Origin: Candidatus Cloacimonadales bacterium
Lineage (GTDB): Bacteria; Cloacimonadota; Cloacimonadia; Cloacimonadales; JAIOQZ01
DNA length: 64,000 nucleotides
NCBI GenBank assembly: GCA_963674825.1
Contig: OY771587.1
Span: 3,543,812 to 3,607,811, forward strand
Direction: 5' to 3'
The notes under the pieces are model-generated. The model was not told the origin of the DNA. It did not search any database and was given only the letters and a program-made list of their open reading frames with translations. The position numbers and the translations under genes were made by a program. This document shows, one piece after another, positions 1 to 9,495 of this stretch (its first letter is position 1; each line of letters opens with the position of its first letter).

Positions 1-533
1 AGAAAATTATCGGCATTGTAGCCGCGCTTGCAGGGCACAAGGACTACCCCAATCTGCTCGGTGCAGCCCGAAACATTCTCGACCGTAACCCGGACGTGGT
101 GTTCGTATCGCTGGGCGATGGTCCCGAACGAGACAAGGTTCATGCTCTGGCGCAGGAAGAGCCGCTCAAGAGCCGGTTTCTGTTCCTCGGGCATCGTGAC
201 GACGTAGGACCAATCCTCAAAAGCTTCGATATCTTCGTGATGTCATCGCGAAAGGAGGGACTCGGGACGTCCATCATCGACGCCATGGCACAAGGACTGC
301 CCATCGTGGCGACCGATGCCGGCGGGATCCCTGAGATGATTCGTGATCGCGAGAATGGTATTCTGGTCAGGCGGCAGGACTCCGCAGCGCTCGCAGAGGG
401 GCTCCAGTACATGCTCGATCACCCCGATTTCTCCCAAAAGATGGCACAAAAAGCCCTCGAAGAGGCCCCGCTCTTCAGCATGCAGAAGATGGCCGAAGGC
501 AATATCGAGCTGTATCGAGAAATATTGAGATAA
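1..533 (+). CDS. Glycosyltransferase family 1 (GT-B fold), C-terminal part; 5' end lies outside the window
   Basis: The frame is open from the window edge, and the listed ORF start at 96 is an internal GTG. The translation ...FVMSSRKEGLGTSIIDAMAQGLPIVATDAGGIPEMIRDRENGILV matches the GT1/GT4 E-x7-E sugar-nucleotide binding region. Confidence 0.85.
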   Translation, partial: KIIGIVAALAGHKDYPNLLGAARNILDRNPDVVFVSLGDGPERDKVHALAQEEPLKSRFLFLGHRDDVGPILKSFDIFVMSSRKEGLGTSIIDAMAQGLPIVATDAGGIPEMIRDRENGILVRRQDSAALAEGLQYMLDHPDFSQKMAQKALEEAPLFSMQKMAEGNIELYREILR

Positions 534-560
534 TAAGACCACAAGAAAACATTTATCTAC

Positions 561-587
561 AAAAAAAGGCAGACACCCTGGCCTGCC
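561..587 (-). terminator. Rho-independent terminator candidate for the TolC-like gene, between convergent genes
   Basis: The minus strand reads GGCAG-N10-CTGCC followed by TTTTTTT, about 20 nt after the stop at 610-612. Confidence 0.6.
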
Positions 588-609
588 CTATGCAAAGTTT
601 GTTATAACT

Positions 610-1863
610 CTACCACTTCCCGAGGATATCGCGGGATAGCAGCAGGTTGATTTCTTCCTGTTTTTGCAGGAGCTCGTAGTGCTTGGTGTTGAGGGTCTGC
701 TGTGCGTTGAAGTAATCGATGCGCACGTTATCGAGGTCGATGAGGTTGAGCATTCCGAGCTTGAATTTCTCTTCCGCCATGGCGAGGTTTTCTTCTGCGA
801 GTTGACGGGTGCGCTCAGCGATTTCCCACGTGTCGTGTAGCGTCTGCCAGTCCTGCTTGAGCTGCTTGAGCTCGAGTTTATCGGAGTCAATGGTGTCGTC
901 CAGATCGAGCTGATCGGAGATCATGTTTCGCTTGGCCCGTTTGTAAACAAAACCGTGTTCGAGCAGCTGATAGAGTGAGTAGGAAGCCGAGATACCGATA
1001 GTGTAATTATCGTGATACGAACCGAAGTCGAGGACGTCTTCCTTTTCATTGCTGTCCGGCGCGTAGCTGTAATTGTAGCTGTAGGAAGCCGTGACATTCG
1101 GGAAGAAGTTCAGCCACTGCTGGGTGAGGCTGCTTTTTTGCACGCGAAGATTGTTTTTCAGAACCTTCACTGTGAGTGGGTCCTCATAGGTGATATCTTC
1201 CGGCGAGGTTACTTCCACCGTCGTATCGGAAAGCGGGTAACCTTCGTCTTTGAGGTTGAGGTAGTCGAAGAGTTTTTCGCGTGTCTTCTGTAGCTGGTTC
1301 TCACCATCGCGAACGGATATCTGAGAATTAAGCAGCGATATCTCGCTCTGCTTGAGGTCGAGTAAGGTTCTTCGATTGCTTTGATACAGGGTGTTTGTCT
1401 GGTCGTAAACTTTCTCCTGAAGCTTAAGCTCTTCTTTCAGGATATCCAGATTCTTCTCCGCTTCCAGCACGTTGATGTAGCGACTGAATATCTCATACGC
1501 AGCGGACTTGCGGATCGCGTCCCAGGAATAGTTAGCGCTCTCCATGTTGATAACCGACTGCTCCAGGCTGAACCATGTGGGCTCATCAAGTGAGATGGAT
1601 TTGGACAGGCTGAATCCTGCGTTATCCGTTTCGACACCGTGCGATTGGGTCTTGCTTGCTGAGAGGGAAGCATCCGGCAGCACGAGGTCGAGCATGCTCG
1701 AGTAATAGTTTGATTTGCTGTTACTGTGACTGAGGCTTTGTTGGCGGATAGCAGTAACCTGCTCCAGTCCCTTCTCAATCAATCCGTCGAGTGTATATTC
1801 CTGTGCGAAAGCTGTCAGCATTGTACTGGCCAACACCATACAAAATAAAAACCGTTTGATCAT
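610..1863 (-). CDS. TolC-family outer membrane efflux protein
   Basis: ATG at 1863 is preceded by AAGGAGA. It has a signal peptide MIKRFLFCMVLASTMLTAFAQ and a two-fold repeated coiled/beta OEP-like pattern (LEQSVINMESANYSW..., LKQSEISLLNSQISV..., IDLDNVRIDYFNAQ). The ORF track start at 1890 lacks an RBS. Confidence 0.8.
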   Translation of the reverse strand: MIKRFLFCMVLASTMLTAFAQEYTLDGLIEKGLEQVTAIRQQSLSHSNSKSNYYSSMLDLVLPDASLSASKTQSHGVETDNAGFSLSKSISLDEPTWFSLEQSVINMESANYSWDAIRKSAAYEIFSRYINVLEAEKNLDILKEELKLQEKVYDQTNTLYQSNRRTLLDLKQSEISLLNSQISVRDGENQLQKTREKLFDYLNLKDEGYPLSDTTVEVTSPEDITYEDPLTVKVLKNNLRVQKSSLTQQWLNFFPNVTASYSYNYSYAPDSNEKEDVLDFGSYHDNYTIGISASYSLYQLLEHGFVYKRAKRNMISDQLDLDDTIDSDKLELKQLKQDWQTLHDTWEIAERTRQLAEENLAMAEEKFKLGMLNLIDLDNVRIDYFNAQQTLNTKHYELLQKQEEINLLLSRDILGKW

Positions 1864-2051
1864 ATCCGATTTCTCCTTTCGAAGTAACAAAACTTGGCCA
1901 TGTAAGCACGAACCAGGTTACATAGATTTCGTTGCAATTCACATACCAATTACTCAGACAAGCGCAAACCGCTTTTCCTGCGCATCAATTCTCACTTTCT
2001 TTCGTCTGGTATGCCCGTCCGCGAGACATTCATGTGCGGTGACGGACAGCC

Positions 2052-2639
2052 TTAGAACAGCTGAAGAAGCAGATAGATCACAAAATTAAACAGGCCGATC
2101 AGACCGGATAAGCCCAGCATAAAGTAGGTAACATAGCGATGAAAATACTTGTCGAAATACATCATCACCTGATCTACATCCGCCTTAGCCTCAATCAAAT
2201 CGATATAACGTGTCAGCTCGTACTTCTTTACCAGGAACGGCACGAAGCTGCGCAGGAAGTGCCTGGCGAATTCGTAAACAAACAGTGCCAGAATCTCACG
2301 AATCTTCTCTTTGACTGGCGCAGGAAGGTACTTCATCCGCATCACGCCGTCGAGCTTATTGTATGTCTCGTCGTAGATGCGATGCTCCCATTCCCAGAGC
2401 TTCGATGAGCGATCTTTGCGATTGGCTGCGTTCTCCAGGTAGTATTTCACCCAGAAATTTACCTTGGTGAAGAACCATGTCTTTTTCCTTCGGAGAAATC
2501 CGGGCGTGAACGGCACTGGTTTGCCAAACCAGTGGAGCTGTTTCTTCGGGAAGAACAGAAACCACCGTACCGGCTGAACCAGCAGAAATCCCGCCAGAAC
2601 ATTCATGAGAAGCAGGATGAACGCTTTGAGGAATATCAC
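2052..2639 (-). CDS. Hypothetical membrane protein (N- and C-terminal TM helices)
   Basis: 195-aa ORF starting 9 nt downstream of ribBA, so probably co-transcribed. Both ends are hydrophobic. No family recognised. Confidence 0.6.
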   Translation of the reverse strand: MIFLKAFILLLMNVLAGFLLVQPVRWFLFFPKKQLHWFGKPVPFTPGFLRRKKTWFFTKVNFWVKYYLENAANRKDRSSKLWEWEHRIYDETYNKLDGVMRMKYLPAPVKEKIREILALFVYEFARHFLRSFVPFLVKKYELTRYIDLIEAKADVDQVMMYFDKYFHRYVTYFMLGLSGLIGLFNFVIYLLLQLF

Positions 2640-2648
2640 GAATACCTC

Positions 2649-3857
2649 TTAAACTTTGTCCAGAAGATGCCCCATCTTTTCTTTCTTGGTTTTCAGATAC
2701 TTCAGATTCTCTTCATGTGGTGCAATCTCGATGGGAACTCTTTCGGAGATTTTCAGATCGTAACCCTTGAGCGCGATAAGCTTCTTGGGGTTGTTGGTAA
2801 GAAGACGAATATTGTGCAGCCCGAGATCATTAAGGATCTGAGCGCCGATACCGTAGTCACGCAGATCGGGCATGAATCCGAGTTCGACGTTCGCTTCCAC
2901 GGTGTCTTTACCGTGATCCTGCAAATGGTAGGCTTTGATTTTGTTCAAGAGACCAATGCCTCTACCCTCTTGCTTCATGTAGAGTATAACGCCGCGGCCT
3001 TCTTCTTCGATCATGCGGAAAGCATTTTCGAGCTGCATACCGCAATCGCAGCGCATCGAAAAGAGCGCATCGCCGGTCAGGCATTCGGAGTGTACGCGTA
3101 CCAGCACGTTTTCCTTGTTTTCCACATCGCCTTTGACCAGCGCAACGTGGTATTCATCGGAAACGGTACTCTGGAAGGTGATGATGGTGAAATCACCGTA
3201 CTTCGTGGGCAGCTTGGCTTCGGATACGCGTTTGACGAGCTTCTCTTTTTTCCGGCGATACTCGATCAGGTGCTGAATAGTGATGATCTTCAGCCCATGC
3301 TCTTGCGCATAGGGGATCAAGTCTGGAAGCCGGGCCATATCGCCGTCATCCTTGATAATCTCCACCAGTGCGCCAACGGGATTCAATCCGGCCAGCTTCA
3401 TCAGATCGACCACCGCTTCGGTATGCCCCGTACGCTTGAGAACGCCACCCGGCTCAGCGACCAGCGGAAAGATGTGTCCCGGACGAACGAAGTCTTCCGG
3501 TGTGGAGTCTTCGGATGCCAGCAGTTGGATGGTGCGATAGCGGTCTTGTGCCGAGATACCGGTAGTGGTGTCTTTCTTTGCATCTACCGAAATGGTAAAC
3601 TTGGTTCCGTGCCGTTCGGTATTGCGATCTGTCATCATGTTCAGGTCGAGTCGCTGCGCGGTTTCGACTGACATCGGGACGCATACGAGTCCCTTGCCCT
3701 TGGTGATCATAAAGTTGACCATCTGGGGTGTGATTTTCTCAGCCGAGCAGACCAGATCGCCTTCGTTTTCCCGGTCGGGGTCGTCAACTACGACAACCAG
3801 CTTACCGGCCTTGAGATCTTCGATCGCTTCTTCGATCGATGCGAACGTGTATTCCAT
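2649..3857 (-). CDS. ribBA: Bifunctional 3,4-dihydroxy-2-butanone-4-phosphate synthase / GTP cyclohydrolase II
   Basis: Starts [36 protein letters not shown] (RibB signature). The C-terminal half has [20 protein letters not shown] (RibA zinc and GTP site). Start moved to the ATG at 3857; the upstream extension of the ORF overlaps the next gene. Confidence 0.95.
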   Translation of the reverse strand: MEYTFASIEEAIEDLKAGKLVVVVDDPDRENEGDLVCSAEKITPQMVNFMITKGKGLVCVPMSVETAQRLDLNMMTDRNTERHGTKFTISVDAKKDTTTGISAQDRYRTIQLLASEDSTPEDFVRPGHIFPLVAEPGGVLKRTGHTEAVVDLMKLAGLNPVGALVEIIKDDGDMARLPDLIPYAQEHGLKIITIQHLIEYRRKKEKLVKRVSEAKLPTKYGDFTIITFQSTVSDEYHVALVKGDVENKENVLVRVHSECLTGDALFSMRCDCGMQLENAFRMIEEEGRGVILYMKQEGRGIGLLNKIKAYHLQDHGKDTVEANVELGFMPDLRDYGIGAQILNDLGLHNIRLLTNNPKKLIALKGYDLKISERVPIEIAPHEENLKYLKTKKEKMGHLLDKV

Positions 3858-3871
3858 TGTATCCTCTTGAA

Positions 3872-4129
3872 TTAACCGATTTTCCCCGCGTTGAATAGTT
3901 CGACGAAATATTCGATCGATCGGTTGTAGGTTTTCTCGTATTTCGCGGGAAAGTAGCAGGCGGGAAGCTCGCCCATGCTGCGATGATAACTGATGCACTG
4001 ACAGCAGTTTCCTTTCTTCGAGCAGGGATAGCTGCAATTGCATGCCGCCATGTTTCGTTCTTTCATTTCACAATTCATTTCAGCCTCGCAGGTACTACAA
4101 AAATTAGCCGGAAATCCGTCAAGGATCAA
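3872..4129 (-). CDS. Small cysteine-rich protein (DUF6485-like pattern); start uncertain (4129, 4078 or 4066)
   Basis: The motif [32 protein letters not shown]...[11 protein letters not shown] resembles, from memory, the small Cys-rich DUF6485 family. It sits between rluD and ribBA with gaps of 26 and 14 nt. Confidence 0.55.
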   Translation of the reverse strand: MILDGFPANFCSTCEAEMNCEMKERNMAACNCSYPCSKKGNCCQCISYHRSMGELPACYFPAKYEKTYNRSIEYFVELFNAGKIG

Positions 4130-4155
4130 TTACTAAACTTCAGATGTATGGTGCC

Positions 4156-5124
4156 CTACAGCTTCACCATCTTTTCAATGAAATCGACCGTGCCGATGAA
4201 ATCCTGCGGCAGCGGTGCGGTAAGGAACAGCTCTTCTTCGGTAACCGGATGTCGGAAACCGATTGATTTTGCGTGCAGAGCCTGCCGTTGCATGTGGTTT
4301 GCCCATAGATATTTCATGCGCTTGTGCAAATGTGAGGGTAGTGCGTTCAGTTCCAGCTTTTGAGTGGAATAGGTCCGGTCGCACAGCACCGGGTAACCGA
4401 TGTGCGACAGGTGAACTCTGATCTGATGGGTCCTTCCAGTGAGAATGCGTACATCCAGGAGCGCGAAGTAATCCAGATCGCGTTCGATTTTAAATATGCT
4501 GATCGCCGTCTTGCCGTCCTCCGAGATGCACATTTTTTTGCGATTCACGCTGCTACGCTTGATGCCTGTGTGGATCTCGGTGGGTTCTTCTCGCGGGACG
4601 CCGACTGTAAGCGCGTAGTAGTGCTTCTCGATTTCGCGCATCTCAAAAAGCTGCGATAGCATCGAATGGGTGCGGTCGTCCTTTGCGACGAGCATAATAC
4701 CGCTTGTGTCCTTATCCAGACGATGGACAATGCCCGGCCTGGTGGGATCGCTTCCGGTGGAGAGATTCCCCGAAAAATGGTGTGCGAGCGCATTCACAAG
4801 GGTACCACTTTGATTACCTGGAGCCGGATGCACGGTAAGCCCGGCGGGTTTATTCACGGCAATGAGGTATTCGTCTTCAAATAGGATATCGAGCGGAATA
4901 TCTTCGGGCTGCACCTCGCTTGGAGCCGGTTCCGGTAGCTCGATCTCGATGATGTCACCGACTTCCACACGATGGCTTTTCTTGACTGGCTTGCCATTGA
5001 CCAGCATTTTCCCTTCACTGATGAGCTTATCGATCAGCGTTCGTGAATAGAGCGCTTCGATCTCGAGCGAACTCAGATATTTGTCGATCCGCAGTCTCGA
5101 CGTGTCTTCGCATGTAATTTTCAT
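4156..5124 (-). CDS. rluD: RluA-family 23S rRNA pseudouridine synthase (RluD-like) with N-terminal S4 domain
   Basis: S4-like N-terminus (RIDKYLS...), catalytic HRLDKDTSGIMLVAK motif and a C-terminal HQIRVHL motif. Confidence 0.9.
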   Translation of the reverse strand: MKITCEDTSRLRIDKYLSSLEIEALYSRTLIDKLISEGKMLVNGKPVKKSHRVEVGDIIEIELPEPAPSEVQPEDIPLDILFEDEYLIAVNKPAGLTVHPAPGNQSGTLVNALAHHFSGNLSTGSDPTRPGIVHRLDKDTSGIMLVAKDDRTHSMLSQLFEMREIEKHYYALTVGVPREEPTEIHTGIKRSSVNRKKMCISEDGKTAISIFKIERDLDYFALLDVRILTGRTHQIRVHLSHIGYPVLCDRTYSTQKLELNALPSHLHKRMKYLWANHMQRQALHAKSIGFRHPVTEEELFLTAPLPQDFIGTVDFIEKMVKL

Positions 5125-5930
5125 GATTCGTCTGCGTCTTTGCCGCCCTTCTTGCGGTCGATGTTAAAGATCCCGAGCACAACACCGATCGGCATTCCAC
5201 CGGCGTCGCGAACGATGCTGCTCTTGAGTGTTATATGACGCTTGAGGGAAGGGATGAAGTATTGCTGTGGCCCGTGCGCGCTTCGCCCCTGTAGGATTGG
5301 AAGCGTATATTTGACAATACTGTTCTGGACTTCGGGCTGGAAGCTTGAGTCGAAGATATTGAGGTTCTCTGCCAATAGCGGGAAAATATCGTTCAGGTTA
5401 TCGCTGAGAAACTTGATATCACCGTCGATATCGAGGATGATAAAGCCGTTCTCCGCGAGCTTTAAAAGGCTCAGAATGCGATTCATGTGCTCGATGATCT
5501 TCTCTTTCTTGGCCTGATCGAAGTGAATCACCGAGTTTAGCATCTTGCGAACCTGAACGATGAGCTCCATCACGTCTTCATCGTTGCGTTGCGCCAGTTC
5601 CGATTCGTCGATATCGAGGTTGTAGTTGCCGCGTGTGATCTCCTTCAACAGCTTGGTTACATCTGTGAATCCACGATGCAAGAACACCGGAATATAGAAA
5701 AAGAACACGATTGCAATCAGGAAATATAGGAACAGGAAGATCCACAAGATGTTTCCTATATCCTTTTTCATGAGTTGGGCTCGTTCGCGCAGCATGTTCG
5801 TGTCATTAAGCTTTTTCATCGCGTCGGAATGCGTACTCAATGTGAGCCACATGACCATACCCTGCGCCGCAGCGAGCAGCAGAAGCACTACGATGAAGTA
5901 GCGAATTTTACGGGTGATAAAGTATTTCAT
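5121..5930 (-). CDS. Membrane protein with two TM helices followed by HAMP-like and PAS-like regions
   Basis: An N-terminal TM helix and a second TM helix (ILWIFLFLYFLIAIVFFFYIPVF) are followed by an amphipathic linker and a ~110-aa alpha/beta region. The stop overlaps the rluD start by 4 nt. Confidence 0.55.
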   Translation of the reverse strand: MKYFITRKIRYFIVVLLLLAAAQGMVMWLTLSTHSDAMKKLNDTNMLRERAQLMKKDIGNILWIFLFLYFLIAIVFFFYIPVFLHRGFTDVTKLLKEITRGNYNLDIDESELAQRNDEDVMELIVQVRKMLNSVIHFDQAKKEKIIEHMNRILSLLKLAENGFIILDIDGDIKFLSDNLNDIFPLLAENLNIFDSSFQPEVQNSIVKYTLPILQGRSAHGPQQYFIPSLKRHITLKSSIVRDAGGMPIGVVLGIFNIDRKKGGKDADES

Positions 5931-5957
5931 AACCTTGTTCCTGTTGTAACTCCGTGG

Positions 5958-6656
5958 TTAGTCCTGCATCGTTTCTTTAATAACTTCGTTGATGCGTGGC
6001 TCAGGCCCGAGTAAAACGAGCTGGTCGCCTTCTTTGATCACATCGTTCGCGCCTGGCATGTCGTTAATTCGCTTCTCGAGCTTGTTCTCGCCATCTTCGG
6101 AGACGGTGAGATGATCGTACTTGATGGCGACGATGTGCACACCTTTATTCGCTGGAAGTGCAAGCTCTTGCAGCGTCTTTCCGACATAGTTCGATGGAAC
6201 GGAGATTTCCACGATAGAGTGTCCGGTTGCGAGGTTGTAGTAGCGGATTACATTGCGCGAAAGGAGCGACTGTGCCAATTCGAGGCCGATCTGCTCTTCC
6301 GGGAACACGATGTGCTTCACGCCGATCAGCTCAAGGATACGTGCGTGCAGCTTGCTGTCCACTTTCGCGTGGATGTTGGCCGCCCCCAGTCGTGTGAGAA
6401 TCACGCTGGTAAGCACGCTAACTTCGATGTTGTTTCCAATTGCCAAAATTACCGCGTCCATGTCGTCCACGCCAACCTGTTTGAGCGCTTGTTCGTCGGT
6501 ACTATCCATGCAGATCGCCGCGGTTACGCTACTCTTTATTTCGTCGATCAGTTTCTGATCAGAGTCGATGACTGTCACTTCCGCACCGTTCTTGAACAGT
6601 GTCGAGGAGACGGTCATACCGAATTTTCCCATTCCAATTACAAGAAATTTAGCCAT
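5958..6656 (-). CDS. trkA: Trk/Ktr K+ uptake system NAD-binding (RCK) subunit
   Basis: Rossmann motif VIGMGKFGMTVSSTL...VTVID at the N-terminus and a TrkA-C-like C-terminus (GDQLVLLGPE). Confidence 0.88.
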   Translation of the reverse strand: MAKFLVIGMGKFGMTVSSTLFKNGAEVTVIDSDQKLIDEIKSSVTAAICMDSTDEQALKQVGVDDMDAVILAIGNNIEVSVLTSVILTRLGAANIHAKVDSKLHARILELIGVKHIVFPEEQIGLELAQSLLSRNVIRYYNLATGHSIVEISVPSNYVGKTLQELALPANKGVHIVAIKYDHLTVSEDGENKLEKRINDMPGANDVIKEGDQLVLLGPEPRINEVIKETMQD

Positions 6657-6683
6657 AACGATACCTCGTTATTTAATCCGTTT

Positions 6684-8603
6684 TTATCCTATAGAAATTT
6701 TTTCGACTGTATATGCAAGCGTTTTTTTCGTCTTGGACTGTGTCAGGGCAAAGATCAACGTCAGCGGCCCCACCCTGCCAAGGTACATCAGAAGGATGAT
6801 GATGATCTTACCGCCAAGTGTCAGATCGGCCGTGATACCCATGGAAAGCCCGACGGTTCCGAATGCGGAAAATGCCTCGAAGATGATCTTGCGGAACGAT
6901 TTCTTCTCAGCCCACTCATATTCGGTCTCCACTTTCTCACCATGCACTACATGCTGAGGTTTACGTACGATAACCGAATCCGTCACAACAGCTTCCTGAA
7001 GGCTGTCCTGGGGGGCGATGGCTGTATGCCAGGTTTCGCGCGTTTCGCTGACTACCACCTTTTCCGGTGGCGTGGTCTCGAAGATGAGTAACAAGTAGAT
7101 CATAATCGAGAGAAAGCCGATTGAAGTCGCGATCAGCGCCAGCACGCGTTTGAGCATCTCGTCCGAGATACGTCGCTTGAATATGGAAACCCCTTCCCCA
7201 CCTTTGATGATCGCCAGCACGGAAAGCAGAATGATTGCAAATGTGGTTGTTTTCACACCGCCACCGGTCGAGCCGGGAGAAGCGCCGATGAACATCAAGA
7301 GGTTCGTGATGAAGACAGACGAATTGCTGAGCTCGGCGTTGTCGATGGTGTTAAAACCAGCTGTACGGGTTGTCACCGACTGGAACATCGAGGCAAGAAG
7401 CCGTTCCAGGAAAGAGAAATCGCGCATGGTGTGGTTGTACTCCGAGAGGAAGAAGGCCACGAATCCGATCAGGATCAGCGCAAGTGTCATCATCAGAACC
7501 AGCTTGGTGTGGAGTGTCAACCGGGTGGGTTTGTACTTCATGAGAACATTGCGTCTAAGATCGACCAGCACGGAAAATCCGATACCACCGACGATGATGA
7601 GAAACATTGTGTTGAGGTTTACGCCGAGTGAGCTTTTGAACTGTACGAGATTATCGCTGAACAAGCTGAATCCTGCGTTACAAAATGCCGATATCGAGTG
7701 GAAAAGCGCATAATATCCCGGTGTATTATGCACCATGGGGTGTCCGCGGAACATGAAGTAATAGATAACAGCACCACCGACTTCGAAGAACATGGTCACC
7801 AGGAAAATATCTTTGATCAGAGTAAGCATATCGAGCCGGTTCGATTCGCCCATAACGTCCTTCATCATGTTTTCGCTTCGTTGCGTGAGCTTTTCACCCA
7901 GTAAAATCGCGAAGGCGGTCGATATGGTCATGATCCCCAGTCCACCGATCTGGATCAGAATCAGAATGATGATCTGCCCGAACGATGTGAAATAGGTACC
8001 GGTATCCTGTACGATGAGCCCTGTTACGCAGGTCGCGGATGTGGCAGTGAAAAGCGCGTCAATATAAGGCGTATCACTGTGATTGCCCTCCTGCACTGCC
8101 CACGGGAGTGAGAGCAGGAACGATCCGATCATGATCACCACGAAGAAACTCAACAGGAAAAAGATTGGCGGATTTGCTGAAAGTTTGCGATAGATCTTCT
8201 CGTTATAGCTGATATTAGCAAATGCCCGGACAATCATGTAGGTCTGACGTCCGATCAAATACAGGCTGAAGAACTGATATCCGCGGAAATGGGTGGTAAT
8301 CAATACTGCGACGATCATCAGATCGATCAACATCGACCGGATATACCGTGGAGAAAAATTATGGCCGATCAATCGCATGATCAGGTACCCAACGAAGTAA
8401 AGCATCGCCGAGACGGAGGTGATACGAGAGAAGGCCAGGAAGTTCTGATCGTCGGAATAATGATAGCTCAACAGCAGGATCGCAAGGCTGATTAACGCAA
8501 AGATATGCAACAAGTGATGCATGGAAGACGCGAGCCGGCTGAAGAAGTCCAGGACGGCCCGAACGCCTTCACGCACGGAATGTCTGTTGTTTTTCTGACT
8601 CAT
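6684..8603 (-). CDS. trkH: TrkH/KtrB-family K+ transporter membrane subunit (long form)
   Basis: Repeated pore-loop motifs (TATCVTGL, FCNAGFS, TRTAGFN, GTVGLSMG). At 639 aa it is longer than typical TrkH. ATG overlaps the adk stop (TAATG). Confidence 0.88.
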   Translation of the reverse strand: MSQKNNRHSVREGVRAVLDFFSRLASSMHHLLHIFALISLAILLLSYHYSDDQNFLAFSRITSVSAMLYFVGYLIMRLIGHNFSPRYIRSMLIDLMIVAVLITTHFRGYQFFSLYLIGRQTYMIVRAFANISYNEKIYRKLSANPPIFFLLSFFVVIMIGSFLLSLPWAVQEGNHSDTPYIDALFTATSATCVTGLIVQDTGTYFTSFGQIIILILIQIGGLGIMTISTAFAILLGEKLTQRSENMMKDVMGESNRLDMLTLIKDIFLVTMFFEVGGAVIYYFMFRGHPMVHNTPGYYALFHSISAFCNAGFSLFSDNLVQFKSSLGVNLNTMFLIIVGGIGFSVLVDLRRNVLMKYKPTRLTLHTKLVLMMTLALILIGFVAFFLSEYNHTMRDFSFLERLLASMFQSVTTRTAGFNTIDNAELSNSSVFITNLLMFIGASPGSTGGGVKTTTFAIILLSVLAIIKGGEGVSIFKRRISDEMLKRVLALIATSIGFLSIMIYLLLIFETTPPEKVVVSETRETWHTAIAPQDSLQEAVVTDSVIVRKPQHVVHGEKVETEYEWAEKKSFRKIIFEAFSAFGTVGLSMGITADLTLGGKIIIILLMYLGRVGPLTLIFALTQSKTKKTLAYTVEKISIG

Positions 8604-9247
8604 TAAGAAAGACTGATGTGTCGTTCATTGAGGACGCGCACCACCTCGCGGTGGATCACATCCGGTTTCTGATCGGCATCGATAACCCGCAGCTTGCCTT
8701 GTTTGCGGAAATATTCGATCGCCTGATCGGTTTGGTTATGAAAATCCTGGATGCGCTTTGCGATCGCTTCTTCGTTGTCGTCGCTACGCATCACGAGCTT
8801 ACCGCCGCAATGATCGCATATGCCTTCGACCTTTGGTTGCCTGAAAAGCACGTTGAAGTCGGCATGACAATTCGTGCATATTCTTCTCGCCAGCAGGCGT
8901 TCCATCGATTTCTCGTCGGAGAGCAGAAAAAGAATCGCCAAATCGATGGGATAATGTTTATTGAGATATTCTGCCTGCGCAATGTTGCGCGGGAAGCCGT
9001 CCAGCACGAAGCCTTTTGGACAGGTCTCCATTTTTTTATCGATCACATTGAACACTATTTCATCGGGTACCAGCAGTCCGTTTTCAATGAAATAACGAAC
9101 CTTTTCGCCAGTCTCGGTGCTATGCTTGATATGCCAGCGAAATTCGTCTCCAATGTTGATATGAAAGAGCTCGAAACGCTCCTGCATAAGTTCTGCCTGA
9201 GTACCTTTACCGCTGCCCTGGATTCCCATGAATACCAGATCGACCAT
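8603..9247 (-). CDS. adk: Adenylate kinase (zinc-LID type)
   Basis: ATG at 9247 is preceded by GGAGGAACC. P-loop GIQGSGKGTQA and LID cysteines CTNC...CDHCGG are present. The ORF-track start at 9280 has no RBS. Confidence 0.93.
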   Translation of the reverse strand: MVDLVFMGIQGSGKGTQAELMQERFELFHINIGDEFRWHIKHSTETGEKVRYFIENGLLVPDEIVFNVIDKKMETCPKGFVLDGFPRNIAQAEYLNKHYPIDLAILFLLSDEKSMERLLARRICTNCHADFNVLFRQPKVEGICDHCGGKLVMRSDDNEEAIAKRIQDFHNQTDQAIEYFRKQGKLRVIDADQKPDVIHREVVRVLNERHISLS

Positions 9248-9442
9248 GGTTCCTCCCTTGTAGAATTCATATGAACTCACGTAAAACGATAATTTCCACT
9301 ATATAGCATTAATCGTCAAGTTTTCTGATTAAATATGAATGACAGGCGCGTTGCGTTATGCCAGAAACTCGAATGCACTTACTCGAAAATCTAGCTATAG
9401 CAAGCGATAAAATGAATCGTTAACCGTCCCTTTATACAGCTC

Positions 9443-9472
9443 TTAACAATTCTGTGTAATGAGTCATAAAAT
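9443..9472 (+). promoter_or_regulatory. Sigma70-like promoter candidate for the PHP-GT1 gene
   Basis: TTAACA-N18-TAAAAT, 24 nt upstream of the ATG at 9496. Confidence 0.35.
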
Positions 9473-9495
9473 AAAGATTGTGAGAGGATGCTCTT

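Noticed and set aside
2532-3671. 379-aa ORF on the plus strand. Similar long antisense ORFs occur at 6111-7091, 8618-9274, 16190-16930, 45345-46013, 52949-53575 and 58049-58345.
   Set aside because: Each is the mirror frame of a gene with a strong family signature (ribBA, trkA/trkH, adk, serpin, phnD, the glycosyltransferase-like gene, the Mod stub). None has recognisable motifs.
3858-4043. Upstream extensions of ribBA (to 4043), argF (34948-35127), adk (9248-9280), TolC (1864-1890), the Na/Pi gene (42618-42680) and the MCP (38640-38699)
   Set aside because: The internal ATGs are preceded by good Shine-Dalgarno sequences and coincide with conserved family N-termini. The extensions overlap neighbouring genes or promoters.
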